A stretch of DNA of 64,000 bases from Nageia nagi (taxonomy: Eukaryota; Plantae; Pinophyta), in NCBI GenBank assembly GCA_050084985.1, contig JBITNC010000001.1, positions 73,966,001-74,030,000 on the forward strand. The letters are read 5' to 3'. Shown here piece after piece: positions 54,647-64,000 of the stretch. The translations under genes and the position numbers were made by a program. The notes beneath the pieces are model-generated. The model saw nothing but the letters and a program-made list of their open reading frames with translations, searched no databases and was not told the DNA's origin. Position 1 is the first letter of the stretch, and each line of letters opens with the position of its first letter.

Positions 54647-57070
54647 TGATGGATATTTAAAATAATATAATCAAAGGCATTATTGTAGTAAATATTGACT
54701 ACCTAGAAAAATGTTAGCCAAATGGAGACTATGATACTCTATTACTCTTAATATCCTCAACAACAATTACATAAATATGTATACATAAATATGAAGTGGT
54801 TCCTCTTAGTTATGAGTGTACATTCACTATAACAAGATGATATATTAATCTCTAGTATTGAATATTACAACAATTGATAACTCTCTTCATTAGAAATACT
54901 TTCTTACTTAAGACTTACTTAAGATATCTCTACTCTATGCTACTACAATGCTCACTATGAGATAGGCTCTCAAAAATCTATCTAAATGCTACATGAATAA
55001 TCACATGCACTTGAATTGCATGTTACTTCTCATTATAATACTATAGCTAAATTGATGTATTTATAGACAAGATAGCCCACTTTGATTGCTAGTCAATACC
55101 TAGCCAATACAATTACACATTGATTTATTTTATTACATAAGTGGGATCATGTTCCTTTTTAATATTAGGTATCTATAAGATATATATGTTCTTATTTTAA
55201 ATATTAAGAACTACATATACCCAAGTAAAAATTACAAATATTCCAACACTCTCCCTTAAGGTTTACTTGGGGATATGGATTGCAATTACTGGATGATTCA
55301 AATAAAAATTCTCCCCCTTAACAAATAATTGGGGATGATTGAGAGTAATATGTACATCATCTTGCAAAAGAGATATCTTTTAGAAGAGAGATAACCTATT
55401 GTAAATTGCAACAATCACAATTGCCAAGTGGGCTTGAAGATTACGAGTAAGCAAGAATTTTTTTTGTAGTAACGAGTAGAGATATTAGTGACAAAATACT
55501 TGAGTTAGATTTTATAAATTTTGCATTAATCATAAAGAGTATTGGATAGTTAGAGTGCATCAATTTGCAAATTTAAAAAATTATAATTCTCATGGTATAC
55601 GTTAACATTTAAAAAATAAAAACTGCTAATACTTCAATAATCTATTTAATAATAATAACTAGCACTTAATTTTTGCAATAAGTAAAAATTCACTTAGTAG
55701 CTAAATAACATATATAAAATAATATCAATTTATTTCAAAAAATACCAAATAGTACCAAGTTTATCATGTGCACATGACAAATATCAAAACAAAATATGTT
55801 CAACTGGGAATGATGATATGACCACACTTATCCAATCTCATAGATGCCAAAATTCATTCAGCTAAGAAGGAGGTGTCATCAAACTCAACCACTCCCCCTT
55901 GAGGATAGCTCCACTACACCAAGCTTTTTATAAAGCTTCACAAACTATAATTTAGGTAAGGGCTTGGTAAAAATATCAACATAATTTTCTTCACTTAGAT
56001 AATATTCTAAAAATAAAGTTATGTATAATACTTTATCCATCACAAAATATGCTTATAGCTCAAATGATGGACTAGATTTTTCTCCAAGATAATACCTAAT
56101 TGGTTATTAGAGATAATATTAATTTTATAATACTATTTTAATCCAATCTCATCAAGCAAATGAGAAAGCCAAACAACTTCATATGATGTAATTCATTGCT
56201 CTATATTTTTATTCTATAGAGGATAAAGTAGACATTGGTTGTTTCTTAGATACCCATGAAATAGTAGCTAAACCAATATTGAAAATATAAACACTTATTA
56301 ATTTTCTATCCTCAAATTCTCCATCATAGCTTGCATTTGAACAACCAACCAATTCAAAAGATTGTAATGATGAATAATTCAAACCTAAATTCCTTATTCT
56401 AGAAATATACCTCAAAATTCTTTTTACTACATTAAGATGCTTCATATATGGATTTTACATGTATCTAGCTAAGTAATTTACACCAAAGGTAATATATAGC
56501 CTTGTTATTGTAAAATATAACAAGATAGCAATTAATTATCTATATGTAGTAATATTAGTAAGAACATATTTCAAAGTGATATTAAATTTTATGCCTTGAA
56601 CCATGGGTGTTTCAATTGGTTTATAATTAGCTATATTAAACTTGTTCAAAATATCAGATATATATTTGGATTGATTGAGTAATGTACAATTCTCATACTG
56701 ATAAACTTGCATCCCAATATAGTAATGAAGTACACCCATATCATTCATTTCATATTGAGATTTCAATTTGCTAATACAATTGTTGATGATTTGTACATTA
56801 TTTCTAGTAATGAGTAGATCATCAACATATAGTAAAATAAAAATTAGATTATTTTCTTTATTAAAAATATATAAATCAGTATAACATCTTGAGATCTAAA
56901 GGATCTAAAACAATACAAAATTTTCTCATATTAAGCTCTTGGAGCTTGCTTTAAATCATAAAGAGATTTTCTCAATTTGCACACAAAAGTTTCTTTTTCT
57001 TTGACTATGAACCCTTCTAGATGATGCATATACAATTCTACATCCAAATTTTCATTTAAGAATGCAGACT
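54647..57070 (-). mobile_element. Older Copia (3' LTR 54647-55248, long 3' UTR, RNase H and RT), related to the 34454 element, interrupted at 57070
   Basis: TG...ccaaCA plus rc PPT ctctccctt; RT/RH ORFs 56209-56445 and 56536-56766; pol end GVVELSSRGS resembles GLVKLPSRGS. Confidence 0.88.
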
Positions 57071-60000
57071 TGAAAAGTAGTGATCTTATGGGTACATGTC
57101 TACTTTATTAGTATTTCTATTTTTTGGGTCTCCTACAATTCCGCTACCTCTACATTGAATGATATGTTGTTTTTGGTATATTAATTGTATATTTAATTTT
57201 TGTAAAAATGATAGCCTCTTTTAGTTTTTGTAACTACAAAAGCATATTTTTAAAGCCTTTTTAGAAAATGTTTTAAATAAGGTAGTATAGGTGAGAGGAA
57301 AATATAGGATACTCTCCATTTTGTAATATTTTGCATGCCATTGTATGAGATTGTACTATTCTCTTCTTGTATTGTAGCTATGTTTTTTTACTTGCTAGAG
57401 TCAATCATCCTCCTTATGTAATTGATTTTGGAATGTATATTTCTCTCTACATTGAATAAAATATTGTGTGGTAGTTTCATAAATTTGGTATTTCTTCATT
57501 ATTGGCTTGTTACACTTGGATTTGGTTTATTGTTGTGTAATCTCCTTTATTTTGAAGTATAAATCTTTATTTGGTATTAGAGCCAATTGATTTTTTTTGG
57601 GTTAAATGAATTCAAAAAATGGAAATACCTTACAGTTTCATATCCCTATTTTCAATAGAGAGCACTATGAATATTGGAGCATTTGAATACGAACTTCTTA
57701 GTTTCTCTAGAATTATGAAATCTAGTTTCAAAAGGATTTACTGATGTAGATACTACTACTTTTGCAATCTTTGGTGCTAATGAGAAGAAGGAGCTTCTAG
57801 AGAACCATAGAAAGGATGCAAAGAATTTGTTTGCCATCCAATTTGGTATATATATTTCTATTTTTCCTAAGATTACAAAATGTAAGACTTCTAAGGAGGC
57901 TTGGGCTATTCTTGAATCTACATACAAAGGATTAAGCAAAGTGAGAGTTGCAAAATTGCAAATGTTATGTAGAGATTTTGAGTCTCTTTTTTATGTCAAA
58001 GAATGAAACCATTGAATGTTTTTTTGTAAAGGTATAAGAGGTTGTTAATGGGAATAATTCTTATGGAGAATATCTTAACAATAATAGAATCATGGAAAAG
58101 ATCTTGAGGATTCTCCATATGGGGTTCTATTGTCTTATACTATGCTATTGAAGAAGCTAAAGATTTGTCTCAACTTACTCTCATTGAATTGCTAGGTAGT
58201 TTGACCACATATAAGCACAAACTCAAGGACTACTTTGAAATCCTTGATCAAGCATTTCAAGGTAAGTTGCAATTTAATAAATGTTCATTTGATAAAAATA
58301 CTTCTTCATCATCTTCACATGGAAGAGGAAGGTTTGGGCATGGAAAAGCCCATGGTAGAGGTAGAGGAAAGTTTAGGCATGGAAAAGCCCATGGTAGAGG
58401 CAAAGGAGGTCAGTCTACTGGTGATAGATCTAAGAGTGATTATTCTCACCATTGTGACTATTGTGAGAAGGATGATCATACAAAGTAATAATAATAGAAT
58501 AAAAAGAAGAAAAATCAAGCTTCCTTGGAGGAAAATTATTAGGATGAAGCTTCTAACTACATTGAAGATGAAGGTGATATCAATGTTTGTTTACTTTGTC
58601 ATAATTTTGAGGTAATAGAGGATTGTATTTCATATTTAGATAGTGGGTATTCTAATCATATATATGGAAATAAAGATTTATTTGTCCAACTATAAGAATC
58701 CCTATTTTTCCATGTAAAATTTAGAGATAATAACAAGGTAGAGATTGTTGGAAAAGGGACCATTGCTTTCAAAGCAAGATCTAGTCATATCATGCATATG
58801 CATGAGACTTATTATGTCCCTAGCCTTAAACACAACCTTAGTAGCATTGGAAAATTATGTCTTCATAATTACAAGCTTGTGTTTGAAAAGAGAAGCTACA
58901 AGATCACTAATAATACAAGAAATTATGTGATGGATACTATTCTCATGTATGAGATCAGAATGTATATGTTGAGGATGCAACTTTCTACACATTGCATGAA
59001 ATCCACTGATGATCTTACTTGGTTATGGTACAAACATTTTGGGCATGTCAACTTCAAATCCCTAAATAGTTTGTAGAAGCTATTTAGAGGTTTTACCACC
59101 TTTTCCTACCCTCTACTACTTTATATAAGAGATGCATTGTTGGTAAGCAACACAAAGATTCTTTTCCCAAGAATTCTTTTAGAGCAAAGTCTCCTCTTGA
59201 GCTATTTTATGCTAATCTCTATGAGCCACAATAGACTCCAACTCTTGAAAATAAGAGTAAATACATGCTTCTCTTCACTAATAATTACTCCAAGATGAGT
59301 TGGTGCTACCTACTACAATGTAAGTTTGATGATTTTGTTATTTTCAAAGGTTTAAAGCACTTGTATAAAAGTAATATAGTTTTTTTTATCAAAAATACTA
59401 AAACTTGTAGAGGGGAAGAGTTTATTTCAAATGAATTTAAATATTTTTATAGAAAACATGGTGTTAAAAGCTAGTATACCACTACTTATACCCCCCAACA
59501 AAATGGTATTGTTGAATAAAAAAATAGAATTGTTATGGTGATGACTCAATGCATGCTAAATCTTTAGAACTATATATAGGAAGAGGCTATTGTTACTATT
59601 AGTTACATTATTAATTGTAGTCCTACTTAAGTGCTTTCACATACTACTCCCTATGAGGCTTGGTTTGGCTAGAAACCAAGTATTTCACACCTTCATATCT
59701 TTGGATCCACTTGTTATGTTTACATTCCCAAGGAGAATAAGAAGAAACTTGATGAGAAACCAATCAAGTGCATCTTTGTGGGATACTCAAATGAGTCTAA
59801 AGCTTATAGATGTCTTGATCCTATTACTAGCAAGATTCACAATAGTAAAGATGTGATTTTTAATGAAGGGGGAGTTTATAAGAAGTGTGAAGATATTGTT
59901 GTAGATAATCCTCCTACATTTACACATGATAAAGATTTTTCTACTGATTATACTAATTTGACTTCTCAACCTCAACCTTAATCACCTCCCAAATAGGCCA

Positions 60001-61131
60001 TCACCTCACCACAATAATCTCAACCAAATAGTACACTTGTTGCTTCTACATTCTCACCTAATTTTGCTTTACAAGATAAGAATAAATAGATTAGTGAGCA
60101 GTATCATACTCCATCAATAATTATGGATTAAGAACTCAATAAGAGAGTGACTCAATCTTAAATTAGAGGGGGTAATCAAGAGGTAAACATCACTTGTGCA
60201 CTTATGTCTCAAGTACTTTTTGATCCTTTATCTTTTCAATAAGATGCTGCTCATGATGTGTGGAAAAAGGCAATGGAAGATGAGCTTGGTCAGATTCAAA
60301 AGAATGATTCTTGAAAACTTATTGATTCTTGTAGGGATAGAAAAATCATTAGTGTGAAATGGATTTATAATACCTAACACAATACTAATGGATCCATTGC
60401 CAAACATACAAAGAGACTTTTTTCCAAAGGTTATGCATAGAAAGAGGGCCTTGACTATGATGAGACCTTTACACCCATAACTAGATTGCAAACTATAAGA
60501 TCTCTCTTAGCACTTCATTCTCATTTTAGTTTGAAATTTTATCAAATGGATGTAATGTATACTTTTCTCAATGGATAATTGCAAGAGGAGATGTATATTT
60601 ATGATCCTAAAGATTTCATAGTGGCTAGCCATGAGCACATGGTCTATCGATTGAATGAGGAACTCTATGGTTTGAAGCAACCCCCTTGGGCTTAGTATGC
60701 TTAGATTGATGGCTATTTTAGGAAACATGGTTATAAAAGATGCACAATGGAGAGAAATATGTATACCAAGGTTTTAGGTAATAATTTCATCATTATTATG
60801 TTGATGATATTATCTTTGTAAGCTCTATTGACTTTGCATTATATGAGTGTAAAAGTACCATGGTTAATGAATTTGAGATGAGTGACTTAGAGGAGATGAG
60901 ATATTTTCTTATCATGCAATTTCAACAATCCTATTTTGGAAATTTCATTTCATATTCCATGTATGTTGAAGATATGCTTACTAAGTTTGGCATGAGAGAA
61001 TGTCACTCTATTGATACTCCTCTTATTATTGGTCATATACAAATGAAAGAGGATCCCTCTCCTCTTGTTGATGCCACTTTGTAAATATATTTAGTTGGTA
61101 TTTTTGTGTACTTGACTCCCATAAGGCCTAA
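57071..61131 (+). mobile_element. Decayed Copia (5' LTR about 57071-57569, PBS at 57572, gag-pol) inserted into the RT of the previous Copia; truncated by the gap
   Basis: PBS tggtattagagcc; UBN2 gag; YLDSG; YVPSLKHNL; PQQNG; GYSNESKAYR; FEMSDL. Confidence 0.9.
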
Positions 61132-61231
61132 NNNNNNNNNNNNNNNNNNNNNNNNNNNNNNNNNNNNNNNNNNNNNNNNNNNNNNNNNNNNNNNNNNNNN
61201 NNNNNNNNNNNNNNNNNNNNNNNNNNNNNNN
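61132..61231. other. Assembly gap (100 N)
   Basis: Run of N. Confidence 1.
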
Positions 61232-62641
61232 TTGGTGGGGGGTGTTTTTGGTCCCACTAAAAACCCCCCAGTAGATGAAAAAAAGATGGGGATTTTTTGT
61301 GGCAGGGCAACTAGAGGCGGGGGAAAAATTCATTTTGGTAGCAGGGGATGTGGTTTCCCCCCAATTAAGAGGGGAGGATAGGCTACAAAACTGGAATTAT
61401 GAAAAAAAGCTATGCGGGGAAACGCGTGGCAATTTCATGAGATAGTGCATTGGAGTAGGCCCATCGATAAGTCCTCGATAGTGTCTGTGAGGGGGATCTT
61501 TCCCGTGGCGGGACTCCCCTAGGTCGAGGTTTGGAATGGGCTAAGAAAGGGTTCGTCTCTTGTAACACGGTTTTCAATTGGATAGTAAGGTGAAAGGGGC
61601 CCCACTTTTGGTTGATAGGGGTAGTGTGGCCCCTTGCAGTTTTTTCCCATCTTGCCATTGAAGGAGCCCCTTTCCAGGCAATGGGGTGGGTTAGTGCAAG
61701 TTATTGGTACTGGTAGTTAAAAAAAGGGGTAGAAAAAAAAGTGGGGCCCCTAGGCACTGTGCCACGGATCTAAGCGGATACAATTTTGGGTTTTCTCTCT
61801 CCGATTTACCAACTTCAGCCAGGGAAAGGGACCCCCTAGTTGGTCGAAACCCCTTTAGGAGCTTACTCTGTGAGCTTGCTAAAAGGGCTTTCCCCCCTGG
61901 ATTTCTGGTTTTCCGAGATTTTGGGAAGCTTGCTTGGTCTTCCAAGGCTGGAAAAAAGAAAAGTTTTCCTTGGGCCCCTCGTTACATGATAAATTTTTAT
62001 GGGGGAAAAAATACCCCATCGAGGATGGCCTGAGATCCCAATGTTCATGTGTGGAAAACCCCCGGTAGGCCCCTCATTCCCCCTGCCCTGTGAGTTTTGT
62101 ATTTGGGAAAACTTTTTTTTCTTGTTTTTGATGTCCAATGGGTTATCCCCCAGACGTGGGGGCCTTTTACTTTTGGCATCCCCCCTCCCCTGCGATTTCC
62201 CCAGGGGGTTGGTCAGCTTTGGGAAAATGCCCTATGGAATGTGTGGCTGAGGAAATAAAAAGAGTGTTTTTGGGTTTTCCCAAAGTCCGTTGGAGAGGAT
62301 TGGAGAAAGGTTAGGCGTCCAATAAAGATCTTTGGGCTGGCGGGGGTAAAACCCCCGGCCCAGTTGTCGGGCTTCTTTGGCGGTGGCGTAGTGTATTTTC
62401 GTAGACAGTCTGGATCATAGTCAAGGTTACTCCGAAGATGCCCCACCCCTGGACACAGTGTCATTGTGTGGTCCCCAGAAGAGCTTTCCCCCCAGAGATC
62501 TCTCTATGGGTGTCCGCAACTAGTTGATTAGAATGAGACGCTGACCCTGTTGTTTTGCTTTTGCTTTGCTGTTCTATTTGTCTTAAGTGTAACTGACCTC
62601 TTGTTAATAGAATGTTTTTTAATCCTAAAAAAAAAAAAAAA
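61232..62641 (+). mobile_element. Probable LINE 3' end with poly(A) tail, low-quality sequence
   Basis: GC-rich with many homopolymer runs; frame-broken WNGLRKG...NWIV...HFW.D (LINE ORF2 C-terminal pattern); 15-A tail at 62627-62641. Confidence 0.5.
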
Positions 62642-64000
62642 TAGTGCTAAATGTTATAAATGTTACCTCCATCATATGTTTGGTTCTTTGTTGGTATTCT
62701 GGTCCTCACATTGAAATGTCCCAAGAGCTCATCAAGATCTCTTCTTAAAAGACTTCACAAGAATACTCTTAACTGATCAATGTCTAAAACAACTCACAAA
62801 ATTGTTTATTGGTCCTAACTAAAACCCTAGGGTTTTAGCACAACTACTTATGTTTCATGTTAGGTTCACCAAAGTGTTTACAAATAAAAGTGTGATCAAG
62901 AATGCAAATAATTAAAATATCCATAGTCCCAAAAGATACATATATCTATTTGTAAATTTTGAGCTAACAGATAGCAATTTATAACAAGATAAGTTGATAT
63001 AGAAGATAACAAATAACTAGAATCAAAATGATATTACCAAATAAGATTGAATTTATGTACTTAACTCATAGAGCATACCTAATATGTATGAATGGAAGAT
63101 ATTGATGAAGCCTCAATAATGAATGGAGTCTACACCCATAGTTATAAAGTAAGATGATCCAAAAATAGGGTCGTGGGTAGTCTATTTCATGCTCAAAAGG
63201 AGCATTGATGGTATGCTTTCATCTACAAGGAATGCCAACTATCTTTGTTAGATTATAATTTATTTCAAATTGAATCTATGCCTCCACACAAAATCTCAAT
63301 TTGATACTGAAATGAGCTTAGAATTGTCAAGATGCTCGCATAAGGAAGTACACAAACCTAGCCTTGAATGGCAATGTCAAGAGACACCTAAAGGATTACC
63401 ATCATTAACACTAGATATGGGATCATGTATCTCCTTGATGTGGAATTACTATTAGATCCCTATTTATATAGATAGTAATATGACCTACTCCTTAGGTCGA
63501 CATGTACCTACATAAACAAGAATATAGTAAGCTAATGATATATATTGATCATATACAAAATAACATTAATATTCTTGAACTAGATATATGAGTGCAAGCA
63601 CGTATTTTCTAATGTATTAAATTAAATGCATAAAATAATTTAAATTAAATGCATAAATTAAAAAATCAGTTATGGCTCATCCTTGATCCATTAACTTATT
63701 TACTTGGGTGCTTGTTTTTTCTATTTTTTTTCCTATATTTTTTATTTATAGGATTGCTAGCGATTACCCATTGGGTGCTAGAGATCAAGTATGATCATTG
63801 ATGATTATTCTGAATCACTAGCAATTAAAAGATAATAAAAAACTTTAATGTTTGCCTAAAATTTTATTCCCTCTTTCATTTATTGAAAGAAGGGTTATTT
63901 TTACATGTCTACATTTTCCATCTTTTTTGAAATATCCAACATTTTATAGGTGGAGATTATTTCAAAAAAGTAAGCCTATTAGAAAGGGGGTGCAATCAAG

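Noticed and set aside
61033-62464. Cluster of overlapping ORFs as real genes
   Set aside because: They span or adjoin the N gap and low-quality GC-rich sequence; no coherent protein.
62642-64000. LTR-like remnants (TATA-like tract at about 63460, purine tract at about 63985)
   Set aside because: Boundaries and partner copy cannot be defined within the window.

Overview
AT-rich, CpG-depleted, multiply nested transposon DNA from a large plant genome; gymnosperm-like composition and element types are an inference. No intact host gene is visible. From left to right: (1) 5'-truncated L1-type LINE (1-2385, minus) and a decayed Copia (about 4900-7173, plus). (2) A head-to-tail array of a non-autonomous LTR element (8612-54646, minus). 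(3) A Tekay/Del-like chromoviral Gypsy inserted into the first LTR of that array (8875-47513, plus; LTRs about 3 kb; TSD actaa/cctaa). (4) An 18.4-kb insert splitting the Gypsy RT (14186-32551). It is a hAT-type DNA transposon relic with a ZNF862-like transposase, two decayed intron-containing cargo genes (SAP-like and PMD-like) and four 24-bp-period palindromic arrays that separate these modules. (5) Nested in the hAT, a pol-less Tat/Ogre-like LTR element (18695-27387, minus) with an antisense, intron-bearing Plant Mobile Domain gene. (6) A younger Copia splitting the Gypsy integrase (34454-43865, minus; LTRs about 97.5% identical; perfect TSD cctaa). Its 3.4-kb leader looks like an intron and holds captured fragments of a callose synthase and a PLS-PPR gene, and its 3' UTR carries an inverted-repeat-enclosed hairpin array. 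(7) Two more nested Copias, a 100-N gap, and a low-quality poly(A)-tailed LINE 3' end. All coordinates and identities were read by eye.
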